Source of the DNA: Octopus vulgaris
Taxonomy: Eukaryota
Assembly: GCA_951406725.2 (NCBI GenBank)
Contig: OX597814.1
Span: 22,196,001 to 22,260,000, forward strand
Length of the DNA: 64,000 bases
Direction: 5' to 3'
Both the position numbers and the translations under genes were made by a program. This document shows, one piece after another, positions 52,378-64,000 of the stretch. The notes below the pieces were generated by a model. That model was not told the DNA's origin. It saw nothing but the letters and a program-made list of their open reading frames with translations, and did no database searches. Positions within the stretch are counted from its first letter, which is position 1. Every line of letters starts with the position of its first letter.

Positions 52378-52516
52378 TGTTTCTTTATTAGCCACACAGG
52401 GCTGAACACAGAGGGGACAAATTACAAAGTAGAGCTTTTCTTTTTGGGGAAAAAAATAAAAAGAAGTGGGGTAGGTTTTTGATCAAAAGGGATCGTAAAA
52501 AAGAAAAAAGAAATCG
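52378..52516 (-). mobile_element. Short 3'-end fragment of a retroelement (possibly L1/Tx1-type) inserted in (GATA)n
   Basis: Reverse complement ends TTTGTCCCCTCTGTGTTCAGCCCTGTGTGGCTAATAAAGAAAC; flanked by (GATA)n on both sides. Confidence 0.5.
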
Positions 52517-52972
52517 ATAGATAGAGAGAGAGAGAGAGAGAGATGGATAGGCAGACAGACAGATGGATGGGTGGGTGGATGGATTGATGGATCAATGGAT
52601 GGACTGTAGGGATAAACAGAGAATCATCATGGAGTCAGGAGTGAGGAACACTGTAGAGATAAAGAGGGAGACAGTATGGAGATAGAAGGAAGGAAAGTGA
52701 AGAGATTGTATGGAGAATGAAGAAAAGATGGAATAGGGAACAGTGCTGAGTGGCATGGAACAACACAGTAGAGATGAAATTGAGGATCAATGTGGAAATG
52801 GAATAAAAGACATTTTAAGGATGCAATTGTGGAACAGTGTCTCTCATTCTATCTCGACATTGCTATTCCATCTGTGCAATATGCCTCTCCATTACATCTC
52901 TACACTATCCACACACTAGACCCATACGTTGTTGGTCATTTAATTGGAATAATGGACAATTTAGACATGTAG

Positions 52973-53293
52973 GAGCACTCCGTCAGTTACGACGACAAGG
53001 GTCCCAGCTGATACGATCAACGGAATAGCTTGTTCATGAAATTAACATGCAAGTGGCTGAGCACTCCACAGACATGTGTACCCCTAATGTAGTTCTCAGG
53101 GAGATTCAGCGTGACACAGAGTGTGACAAGGCTGGCCCTTTTGAAATACAGGTACAACTCATTTTTGCCAGCTGAGTGGACTGGAGCAACGTGAAATAAA
53201 GTGTCTTGCTCAAGGACACAACACATTGCCGGGTATTGAACTGAAAACCTTACGATCATGAGCCAAATGCTCTGACCACTAAGCCATGCGCCC
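52973..53293 (-). mobile_element. tRNA-derived SINE related to family B (same head and core, different 3' half), 17-bp TSD
   Basis: TSD ACAATTTAGACATGTAG at 52956-52972 and 53294-53310; head GGGCGCATGGCTTAGTGG...GTTCAATACCC. Confidence 0.85.
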
Positions 53294-54209
53294 ACAATTT
53301 AGACATGTAGAGACAGTATGGAGACCAAAAGAAGGACAGTATTATTAAAACCAGAGCTGACTTGAAACTAAAGAACTACACAAGTTACTTATGGACCCAT
53401 TCTTTCCTATTCGTGACATCCCTTGCCTGACAGCAATGGACTTGTCCAATTATAAAGTTACACTGATATATTGACTGTTCAACTATGAAATTATGTATGT
53501 CAGTATAGAATAAGTAGAACTGCTGTGCTTTGAACACTAAACAGTTTGACAGACAGAGAAGTCTAAAAGAAAAACTACTCATTAAATTTGTTCTGTGTGC
53601 TGATGTATTGTAGTATGTTATAACTACAGCTTTCAACAGAACACTGTACCAATGCACAGAATGCAAAGTGAGAGGAGTGAAGGCACTCCTCTTAACTCTG
53701 CAACAGAAAATTCTAGAAACATGAATACAACAATGATATTTAACTGAAGACTTGTCATAACAAAACTATGTATTTGTGAATAAAATATCGACTTAGTACA
53801 AACTAAAATATGCAAGTAATATTCAATACAATAAAAGAAATCAAATGTCTATTGAAGTTGTAACAACTCGGTTGTGAGAGTGTTGTCAGGTTCTTTGCAT
53901 AACATTAATACTTACTTGAGAAGTTAACTCCTGTACATTATTCAACAATAGTATTTATTTCTTAAACTGCCATAAAAGAAATGTAATATGTGATGTTGAT
54001 GCCTTTCCAAAGGATATATTAGTGTCGTAAGTTTTGAAAAATTGGTTAATCAAACAGTATACTAAGGCATTCATTTAGCAGTTGATATAATGGTGCCATA
54101 TAAAAAGCAATATACATATTTATGTGCTATATTCAAGGTTACAGTTGGTCAAAACAATATATCAGAATATTACAATATAGAAACATACACATATCTATAT
54201 TCAAATATA

Positions 54210-54441
54210 GGCGGCGAGCCGGCAGAAACGTTAGCGCGCCAGGCGAAATGCTTAGAAGTATTTCGTCTGTCTTTACATTCTGAGTTCAAATTTTGCCGAG
54301 GTCGACTTTACCTTTCATCCTTTCGGGGTTGATAAATAAAGTACCAGTTTCGCACTGGGGTCGATGTAATCGACTTACTCCCTTCGTCTGTCCTTGTTTG
54401 TCCCCTCTATGTTTAGCCCCTTGTGGGCAGTATAGAAATAT
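54210..54441 (+). mobile_element. SINE family A copy with 16-bp TSD
   Basis: ATATCTATATTCAAAT at 54191-54206 and 54442-54457. Confidence 0.85.
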
Positions 54442-55216
54442 ATATCTATATTCAAATGCAGATATACAAAGTCAAGAGTTCATTATATTAAGTTACAAAA
54501 TGCCATTAATATTACCATCATTACTATTGCCATTGCCACTATTGCTACTAATATCATTATTATTATTATTAATAGCATTAATACCTGCAAAACAATACAT
54601 TCATCACACGGCTAGCAACATAATAGCAAAAACAACAACAACAACAATAATACAGTACCATGCAAAGCATTATATATCGGCAGATACAGATAGGAAGAAA
54701 AAGGAAAAACATTGATTTACATCAAAGAAAATTCCCCAGGTACACAAGCGTTTATACGGACGTTCGATATAGAGAAAGAGCCAGTTTCTAACCTAGATCC
54801 AAGGCTCCTTCATTGGAATTTCAATATCAACAACATGGTATGTATGTATGTATGTATGTATATGTTCAGATTTGTATGTTTTGCTTTATGTATGTATTTT
54901 CATCCATATAGTTGCATGTCGAGACATGCTCATATACATTTAAATGATAAACTTCTGGAAAGTTTTACAGATGTTTACAGTATGTATGTATGTATGTATG
55001 TATGTATGTATGTATGTATGTATGTCATTATTCAGTTTATTTCAAGATTTCTTGACAATAGAGCAAGAACTGGTTTCTAACCCAGATCCAAGGTTCCTTC
55101 ATTGGAATTTCAACATCAACAACAGGGTATTTTTGTTTGTTTGTTTGTATGTATGTATGTATGTATGTACATATATATGGATGTATGTATGTACGTACGT
55201 ATGTATTATGTATGTA

Positions 55217-55620
55217 TGGCTGTGTGATAAGTAGCTTGTTTACCAACCACATGGTCTTGGCTTCAGTCCCACTGCATGGCACCTTGGGCAAGTGTCTTCT
55301 ACTATAGCTTCAGGCCAACCAAAGACTTGTGAGTGGATTTGATAGATGGAAACTGGAAAAAGCCCGTCGTGTATATGTATATATATATGTGTGTGTGTGT
55401 ATATGTTTGTGTGTATATGTTTGTGTGTATGTGTTTGTCCCCCACCATCGCTTGACAACTGATGCTGGTGTGTTTACGTCCCTGTAACTTAGCGGTTCGG
55501 CAAAAGAGACCGATAGAATAAGTACTATGCTTACAAAGGATAAATTCTAGGATCAATTTGCTCAACTAAAGGTAGTGCTCCAGCATGGCCATAGTCAAAT
55601 GACTGAAACAAGTAAAAGAG
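55217..55620 (+). mobile_element. CORE-type SINE family C with internal (TA/TG)n
   Basis: TGGCTGTGTGATAAG...TTCAGTCCCACTGC..ACCTTGGGCAAGTGTCTTCTAC...microsatellite...GCTCCAGCATGGCC..TGACTGAAAC. Confidence 0.8.
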
Positions 55621-56313
55621 TGTTGATTTGTTTACAAACCTGTAACTCAGGGTTCATCAAAATAGACCAATAGAATTAGTGTCAAGCTTAGAAGTGAGCA
55701 CTGGGGTTGATTTGTTCAAAAAAACAATTCGGTCTGCTGACTGAAACAAATAAAAGTTAAAGATCAGAAACTTAAAACCGAAAGTTTATGAAGAAATACA
55801 AACAGGGTTTTATCTCTGCAATGAGAAAGCAATAACTGAGCACATTGAATTGAATACACATTCACAACAGTCTCAAACACACACACACACACACATTTTG
55901 CTTTTATATACACCCTCAGACAATATTCACACACATTCAGTCTCTCATATATTCGATGTGTTTTCCTTTCTAAATATAATTTTTCACAGATTTCTTTATA
56001 TTTTCTTTTTATACATATTTTCTTATTTTCCAAGATTTTGTAAATTTCCCTCATAAATAATTCTTGTAAATAGTTGGAAAGAAAATCATTGCAATACTTA
56101 AGTAATAAAGTATATTTTAGATTCATAGTAACACAAAAATAAATAATGTCAAGTATAAATATAAGAAGGTCTCATGTGTGTGTGGTGTAGTGAGTTGAAA
56201 ATCTTCAAGGAATTAACAGACAAAAACTCTCTCTCTAAGACGTTCTTGAAACAGTATGCAAGTGGGATACTATAAGAAGATTGGTTATTTTTCAAAATTT
56301 AGATAATGTAGAC

Positions 56314-56594
56314 CAGTAGTTTCCAAACTTTTTCAGGCTACCACCCCTTGACCCCCAGGCCATATTCCTAGCACCCCTACCCCAACTAAACATCACAAAC
56401 ATAGACCTCTTTTTGAGAAAATTCAAAGCAACTGTATTTCACAAATAAAACTTAACCTAATGAACCCATTATTTTGTTGTTTTTACATGAATCACTACCC
56501 TATTATTACCCTACTTTTTTTCAATGCCCCTTGGAACTTTTCACCACCTCCAGTGAGTGGGGGAGCAATACCACCCCCACTTTGAGAACCACTG
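56314..56594. mobile_element. hAT-superfamily MITE
   Basis: TIRs CAGTAGTTTCCAAA / TTTGAGAACCACTG; perfect 8-bp TSD ATGTAGAC (56306-56313 and 56595-56602). Confidence 0.9.
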
Positions 56595-56843
56595 ATGTAG
56601 ACAATACAGACTGGATTGATGTGTAGTCTTTAAAGCCAAAAAGTAATGGACGTTTCAGTCTTATTAGGCCTCTCCAGTGAAGCATATTCTGCTCAATTGG
56701 CAATACTTATACACACACGCACACTCATACACACACACACACACACACACATACAAAAAAACACATGCATGCACACATGCACACACACACACATATCATC
56801 GTCATCATTCCACATTCGTTTTGCGGTGGTGATGATGATGATG

Positions 56844-56874
<31 letters not shown>

Positions 56875-57246
56875 AAAAGACCGATAAAATAAGTACTAGG
56901 CTTAAAAAATAAGTACTGGGGCTGATTGATTCAGCTATAAAAAATTCAAGGTGGTGCCCCAGCATGGCTGTAGTCTAATGACTGAAGCTAGTAGAAGATA
57001 AAAGATATATACACATGGACTGTAGTATGTAGTAGCACTGAAGTGATACTTAAATCAACATCCTGCTGTTCCCTTTGCTTTAATCTGCAGCCGAATGGTT
57101 GTTTTGTTAAACTGGGCAACAGATTAGATTAACTCTGCTCTCCAACAGTAGAAATGGTTCTTATGGTGGCCTTCCATAAAGTTTCCGTCTCCCAAATTTC
57201 ACTCACAAAGCTTTGATCAATTAAGAGTTCAATCTTAAATGCTTAT

Positions 57247-57358
57247 GAACCACATGGTTCCGGGTTCAGTCCCACTGCATGGCACCTTGGTTAAGTGTCT
57301 TCTACTATAGCCTCGGGCCGTGGATTTGGTAGACGGAAACTGAAAGAAGCCCGTCGTA

Positions 57359-57415
<57 letters not shown>

Positions 57416-57625
57416 TTGTGTGTCTGTGTTTGTTCCCACAACATTACTTGACAACTGATGCTGGTGTGTTTATGTCCCCATAACTTAGTGGTTCGGCAAA
57501 AAAGAGACTGATAGAATAAGTACTAGGTTTCAAAGAATAAGTCCTGGGCTAAATTTTCTCGACTAAAAGCAGTGTTCCAGCATGCCCACAGTCACATGAC
57601 TGAAACAAATAAAAGAATAAAAGAG
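57247..57625 (+). mobile_element. CORE-type SINE family C copy
   Basis: Homologous to 55217-55620, with internal (TA)n. Confidence 0.8.
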
Positions 57626-57967
57626 TTTATGGAGACATAAACTAGTACCAGTTGTCAAGTGGAGGGTTGGACAAGCACAAATGCAAACACACACACACAC
57701 ACACACACATATGCGCACACACACACACACACACACCTACGCACGCACACACACACACACGCACACACACACACATGATGAGCTTCCACATAGTTTCCAT
57801 TTTTCAAATTCACTTGTAGACCATTGGTTTGCTTAGGGCTATACACTTATCAAATATTCCACACAATAGGACTGAATCCAAAATCATGTGCTTACAAAAC
57901 AACCTTCTTATCCACACAGCTATGTCTATGCCTATCTATGCTGTTATTAATATTATATGCCATCCGA

Positions 57968-58370
57968 TGGTGGTGAGCTGACAGAACCATTAGTACATTG
58001 GACAAAATGCTTAGCGGCATTTCGTCTCATCCTTTCAGAGTTGATAAAATAAGTACCTGTTTAACTTTGGGGTTGGTGTAATCAACTTACCCCTGCCCCG
58101 AAATTGCTGGCCTTGTGCCAAAATTTGAAATCAATATTATATGTCATCTTAAAGCAGCAAACTGGCAGAATCGTTTCTACACCAGGAAAAATGCTTAGCA
58201 GCATTTCATCCATCTTCACATTCTGAGTTCAAATTCCACCAAGTTCCACTTTACCTTTCATCCTTTTTGGGGTCAATAAAATAAGTACCAGTTGAGCACT
58301 TGGGTCAATGTAATTGATTTGCCCATCCCCTAAAATTGCTGGCCATGCACCAAAATATGAAACCAACATT
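57968..58370 (+). mobile_element. Two tandem degraded SINE family A copies (tail type 2)
   Basis: Two heads (GAGCTGACAGAACC; AACTGGCAGAATCG), two cores and two AAATTGCTGGCC tails. Confidence 0.65.
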
Positions 58371-58935
58371 ACATGTCATCTTTACCTTATTTGAGAATTT
58401 TTCACCAAAAGCCAATGTGAGAGTTTTTCTCATGATATCTACCACAGTATAGTTTGTTCTAACAGAACACCCATGTTTAAGCAGGGATAAATATTACCTC
58501 TTTTTATCTTTTTTCCTTGTAGGGCTTTAGTGCTCTGTTATAATTTCATTTAAATCTGAAATGTATTAAAGGAACAGAAATCAATCACAGTACTTGTTTA
58601 GTATATAATTCTATTGATCCCAGAAGAATGAAGGGCAAAGCTGACCTCAGCAGAATTCAAACTCCAATTCGTGGCTTTGTTTCAAAGTTAAAAATCAATG
58701 TTATATTAATGGTATTAATAAAATATTGTATCTTACCATGGTAGGATGCTCTACAGAGTTTGATTCATTGTTTCCATGTAACTTCTATTAATAACAGGTT
58801 AATTTATCCTTGGTACTAATATTTTTCTTTCCAAGGCTTTTTCTATATTCAGATCTTACTTATTAAATTATGAACCAAGGTTCCAGTATAAAAATTCCTA
58901 TTTGGACCATTAATTTCTTAGAACTATATATGGAT

Positions 58936-58977
<42 letters not shown>

Positions 58978-59013
58978 TTATAGCATGTGCATGAAAGTGA
59001 ATTTGTGTATGTT

Positions 59014-59458
59014 GGCCCCGTGTCGGTGGCACGTAAAAGCACCATCCGCTCATGTCTGTTGCCAGCTTCGGCTGGCCCCCGTGCCGGTGACACGTAAAAG
59101 CACCGTCCGTTCGTGGCCGGTTGCCAGCTCTGTCTGGCCCCGTGTCGGTGGCACATAAAAGCACCATCCGTTCGTGTCCATTGCCAGCATCGCCTGGCCC
59201 CGTGCCGGTGACACGTAAAAGCACCATCCGTTCGTGGCCGTTCGCCAGCTCTGTCTGGCACCTGTGCAGGTGGCACGTAAAAAACACCCACTACACTCGC
59301 GGAGTGGTTGGCGTTAAGAAGGGCATCCAGCCGTAGAAACACTGCCAGATCTGACTGGGCCTGACGAAGCCTTCCAGCTTCACAGACCCCAGTTGACCCG
59401 TCCAACCCATGCTAGCATGGAAAGCGGACGCTAAACGATGATGATGATGATGATGATG
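59014..59458 (+). mobile_element. Young RTE 3' UTR fragment with ~4.5 alternating minisatellite units
   Basis: CpG-rich; near-identical inverted partner at 61083-62030. Confidence 0.85.
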
Positions 59459-59839
59459 AAATGTGTGCATGTAAATGAATGTGTGTGTGTGTAAATGAGT
59501 ATGTTTATATGTGTGTGTAAATGCATGTGTGATTATGAAAATGTGGTTAGGGTGTTGTGCTCATGAATACAAGATTGTAGTTTCAATTTTCAGATCTGGA
59601 AGTGCATTGTGTTCTTGAGCAAAACACTTTAATTTCACATTGCTCCAATTGATTCAGCTGTAAGTGAGTAGCCCTATAATGGAGAAGCATTCTGTTCAAG
59701 GGTCATATTCTGATCTTGGGTCATTTGAATATCATGAAAACTATCCTAGAACTTGAGACGGTACTTACTTTATATACATACATAGATATATATATATATA
59801 TATATATATATGATGATATATATACATACACACACGCAT

Positions 59840-59899
<60 letters not shown>

Positions 59900-59902
<3 letters not shown>

Positions 59903-61075
59903 ACAGAAGTAAATAGACACCCCATAAAACATTATTTTATGTTTATTCTAACTTGTAATGGTTTATATTCTTTATTAATTAACATTTTTATGTTTCAGGT
60001 TCTATATGTGACTATTTAATCATGCCATGTACAAAAGAAACCTTGGAATTGTCTGAATTTCAGAGAGGCCATATTGTGGGGCAATCTGAAGGTGGACATA
60101 GCATAAAATCACAGAAAACCTTGGGATCCCACTTTCTACAGTTAACAGAGTGATTGTGCAATTCACCAGAGAGGGGAAGGAGTCCACATCACCTCACCCA
60201 CATTGACTAGGGTTCTCTGACAGGACCCTTCTCTTTGTTAAGATAATCTTCATTGCAAGGCCTCTGACAAAGCTGAACATATTGATGTCAGTCCCAGAAC
60301 AGCTGTCAGATATCTCCACAAACTTGGCTACTATGGAAGAGCAGCAAGGAGACCACTTCTTTGACCAGTCAATATCAAACAGAGAAAATATTGGATCAGT
60401 GAGATGGTGAAGAGGCCACTAGCATTTGGGACACTATCATATTCTCCAATGAATCCAGATTTGCTGTATTTTCTGACAGTGGTGGAGACTCTGTGATCAA
60501 GAATTTGACATGAAAAGGTTGCAGCCAACAATGAAACCTGGCAGCTATTCTCTGATGGTCTGGGGATAAATTTGGAGCAATGGTCAATCAGAGCTGGTAG
60601 AGTGTGAAAGAAACATAAACTCAGATAAATATATGTCCATATTGCAGAAAGGACTCCTTCCAATCTTCTTCAGTGGTGAAATGATTAAAGAAATCTCTTT
60701 ATTTATGGAAGAAGGGGCTCCTTGTCACCCAAGATTTGTTGGATGAGAATGGCATTAAAAAGCTTGCATGGCTAAGCCAGTCGCCAGATATGAACCCTAT
60801 TGAACACCTCTGGAGCATAATGGACAGGACACTTCAGAAAAAGAACACAAAAGCATCTTCAAAAGCAGATCTTTTGAGATTACTACATGAAATTTGGCAA
60901 GAGATTCCATCATCTGATCATTAACATGCCTAATAGGGTCCTTGCATTGAAAAATGCAAGGGGCATGTCTATTAAATAGTAAGTATTCACATTATAACAA
61001 TTAATAAATAATTTGAATGTATAATATCAGATTTAAATAAATTTTAATGATTATAAGGGTGTCTGTTCATTGACA
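59900..61075 (+). mobile_element. Decayed Tc1-like (DD34E) DNA transposon
   Basis: Imperfect TIRs (AGACACCCC 59915; GGGTGTCT 61057-61064). From ATG 60022: [46 protein letters not shown] and WLSQSPDMNPIEHLW. Confidence 0.85.
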
Positions 61076-61082
61076 TATTGTT

Positions 61083-62030
61083 ATCATCATCATCATCATC
61101 ATCATCATTTAGCGTCCGCTTTCCATGCTAGTATGGGTTGGACGGTTCAACTGGGGTCTGTGAAGCTGGAAGGCTTCGTCAGGCCCAGTCAGATCTGGCA
61201 GTGTTTCTACGGCTGGATGCCCTTCTTAACGCCAACCACTCCGTGAGTGTAGTGGGTGCTTTTTACATGCCACCCGCACAGGTGCCAGACAGGGCTGGCA
61301 AACGGCCACGAACGGATGGTGCTTTTACGTGTCACCGGCACGGGGCCAAGCGAGGCTGGCAACGGACATGAACGGATGGTGCTTTTATGTGCCACCGACA
61401 CGGGGGCCAGACAGAGCTGGCAAACGGCCACGAACGGATGGTGCTTTACGTGTCACCGGCACGGGGGCCAGGCGAGGCTGGCAACGGACACGAATGGATG
61501 GTGCTTTTACGTGCCACCGACACGGGGGCCAGACAGAGCTGAGAAATGGCCACGAACGGATGGTGCTTTACGTATCACCGGCACGGGGGCCAGGCAAGGC
61601 TGGCAACGGACAAGAACGGATGGTGCTTTTACGTGCCACCGACACGGGGCCACACAGAGCTGGCAAAGGCCACGAACGGATGGTGCTTTTACGTGTCACC
61701 GACACGGGGGCCAGGCGAGGCTGGCAACGGACACGAACGGATGGTGCTTTTACGTGCCACCGACACGGGGGCCAGACAGAGCTGAGAAATGGCCACGAAC
61801 GGATGGTGCTTTTACGTGTCACCGGCATGGGGGCCAGGCGAGGCTGGCAACGGACACGAACTGGTGGTGCTTTTACATGCCACCAACACGGGGGCCAGAC
61901 AGAGCTGGCAAACGGCCACGAACGGATGGTGCTTTTACGTGTCACCGGCACGGGGGCCAGGCGAGGCTGGCAGCGGACACGAACGGATGGTTCGCTTAAC
62001 CACAGCTGCAATTCCCACTGATGTTGATCG
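61083..62030 (-). mobile_element. Young RTE 3' UTR fragment containing an expanded minisatellite
   Basis: (CAT)n tail, conserved UTR end, then the tandem array. Confidence 0.85.
61255..61988. repeat. Minisatellite: 12 units of ~61 bp alternating A/B
   Basis: Units start at GGTGCTTT: 61255, 61318, 61378, 61440, 61500, 61562, 61622, 61682, 61743, 61805, 61866 and 61928. Confidence 0.92.
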
Positions 62031-62159
62031 ACCCGAAAGGGAAGAACACTGTGAGTTATGGAGAAAATAGGATCTAATGAGATATGTGTAAAGCTAAGTG
62101 CTTTGAGGAGATAAAACTCTAGATAACCCTATGAACTAGCCCTAACTAATATTCTCTAA

Positions 62160-62207
<48 letters not shown>

Positions 62208-62366
62208 GCCATAATAGATTGCTAGCCACAATACATTCTTTGTATTCTCTCCTTGTTTCTTTCTGTGGAAAAGCATAGGCTCAAAACTTTAAAGACTTTT
62301 TCACTTCCTGACATCTGTTTGTTGTCTACACCACCTGTCTTCGTCTTTTGTTTTTTTGTTAATTCT

Positions 62367-62417
<51 letters not shown>

Positions 62418-63329
62418 CATCACCATATTTAAAGTATATTTTCCATGTTGGCATGACAGTTTGACGGGGGTTGGCTAACCAGAAGGGTGTGCCACACTAC
62501 AGTTGTCTGTTTTGGCATGGTTTCTTATGGCATAATACCCTTTCTAACACCCATCCACTTTACAGAGCTTACTGAGTGCTTTTTCTGTAGCACCTACACA
62601 GGTGCTTTCCGTGTGGAACCAGTATGGGTGCTTTTAATGTGACACCAACACTTACAGGGTCACCAAGAAGTTTGCAAGACAAGAACATCTCAATTGAGGG
62701 AGGTGGCCATGTGCCAGGCAAGAGGTTGAAATATGAAAGAGGTACAAGGGATAGCTGGTCTTACTATAGAGGAGATACTTGGCTACTCAGTAAGACAAGA
62801 AAGGGAGGGAGGGAGAGGAGAGTGAGAAAGAAAGACAGTCAGAGAACATAGTCATCCTTTCATTTTATGTCTGTCTTTCCATTCTAGCATGGGTTAGATA
62901 AACATGTCAGTAAGCTTTTTTTTTTTGTTTTTGCAACATGCCCTTTTTTTGCTCACCTGTTTTTCTCTTAATTCACATATCTTCAAAGGCACAAAGGGAG
63001 TGGATGATTTATTTACAGGGGAAATAGCATTGACATCATCACTTGTAGCTGAGCAGCTTTCTGAGAAGTGCAAATGTAAACAAACACAGACAGACACATG
63101 CATATGCACACACATACATACACATGCAAACACATACAAAGACAGTTTCCATCTACAGGTATGCTTGCTTACACTGTCTATTTCACCAGTCAACATCCAT
63201 ACACCATGTCTATCCATTCAGTATTCTCTGAGTGAGTAGCCAAAGCAAATGCGATGCCAAGAACAATACAGAGGGTGTGACAGATGTGTGTCCAGATGCA
63301 TCATCATCATCATCATCATCATCCTTTTA

Positions 63330-63543
63330 TGATCGTTGCCAGTACCGCCTGATTGGCCCTCGTACCAGTGGCACATAAAAGCACCCACTACACTCTCAGA
63401 GTGGTTGGAATTAGAAAGGGCATCCAGCTATTGAAACTTTGCCAGATCAGATTGAGCCTGATGTAGCCTGTGGCTCACCAGTCCTCAGTCAAACTGTCTA
63501 TCCCATGCCAGCATGGAAAGCGGACGTTAAATGATGATGATGA

Positions 63544-63547
<4 letters not shown>
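63330..63547 (+). mobile_element. RTE 3' UTR fragment
   Basis: Same UTR end and (GAT)n tail as the other copies. Confidence 0.75.
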
Positions 63548-63573
<26 letters not shown>

Positions 63574-63577
<4 letters not shown>

Positions 63578-63927
63578 TAATAAAAAAGGGTTCAGCAAAG
63601 ATTTGCTTTACCACACAACGAAGTTTAGAAATAGCAGCCAAAAACCTTAGCTATTTCTTCTACTTTAAAAGGGGGTCTCCCGGAGGGTTTCTCCCGGAGG
63701 GTTTCTCCCGGAGGGTTTCTCCAGGAGACCCCCTTTTAAAGTAGAAGAAATAGCTAAGATTTTTGGCTGCTATTTCTAAACTTCGGTGTGTGGTGAAGCA
63801 AATCTTTGCTGGACCCTTTTTATTAGTATTACTTAAGCTGACCGTGAAATGGTCCTTTTTTCATACCGAATTCTACTTGGTGAAATTATTAATTACTTCT
63901 TAATTAATTAATTTTACCCTTTGTTAT

Positions 63928-63930
<3 letters not shown>
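63574..63930 (+). mobile_element. Fold-back element (arms 63574-63680 / 63724-63829, loop with 3 x 14-bp repeat) with ~100-bp tail, within (TA)n
   Basis: TACTAATAAAAAAGGGTTCAGCAAAGATTTGCTT...GGGGGTCTCC pairs with GGAGACCCCC...AAGCAAATCTTTGCTGGACCCTTTTTATTAGTA; loop is (CGGAGGGTTTCTCC)3A. Confidence 0.8.
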
Positions 63931-63961
<31 letters not shown>

Positions 63962-64000
63962 GTCCATTTTCCATGCTGACTGGCTGACTGAGGTAGAACA

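Noticed and set aside
53385-53750. Possible small host exons on either strand
   Set aside because: No recognisable protein similarity and no partner exons; left uncalled.
59014-59290. Resemblance of the repeat unit to a pistol or twister ribozyme
   Set aside because: Only the hairpin-AAA-pseudoknot part is similar. The remaining conserved catalytic elements were not found.
61255-61988. Regularly spaced repeats resembling a CRISPR array; long ORFs of 247 and 230 aa
   Set aside because: The units are fully tandem with no unique spacers, there are no cas genes, and the context is a eukaryotic RTE UTR. The ORFs are open in several frames simply because the repeat lacks stops.
63834-63860. AAG-CTGA-CCGT-GAAA-TG-GTC-CTT ultra-minimal hammerhead-like string in a fold-back tail
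   Set aside because: Lacks a full core and stem II; too short to distinguish from chance.

Overview
AT-rich eukaryotic (animal) genomic DNA made almost entirely of transposable elements and microsatellites [(TA)n, (CA)n, (GA)n, (GAT)n, (TATG)n, (GATA)n]. The repeat repertoire suggests an octopus or other cephalopod genome; this is my inference, not verified. No host protein-coding gene could be supported. Main elements: (1) a young, compact 4.26-kb Ty3/Gypsy-type LTR retrotransposon (46870-51127, minus strand) with 275-bp LTRs, an ATATC TSD, a -1 frameshift pseudoknot and one nonsense codon. Its primer-binding site matches the first 12 nt of tRNA-Phe(GAA) rather than a tRNA 3' CCA end. (2) A Penelope-like element inserted in (TA)n as a ~1.5-kb head-to-head palindrome plus a unique tail, carrying a variant minimal hammerhead ribozyme. 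Four smaller, unrelated elements share the same 'hairpin + tail at (TA)n' architecture. (3) A near full-length CR1/Jockey-superclade LINE whose ORF1 combines a Myb/SANT(trihelix)-like domain with tandem CCCH zinc fingers. (4) RTE LINE fragments whose 3' UTR carries an expandable ~61-bp structured minisatellite. (5) Tc1, mariner and maT remnants, a hAT MITE, a non-autonomous Helitron and several tRNA-derived SINE families. All calls were made by eye, without database searches.
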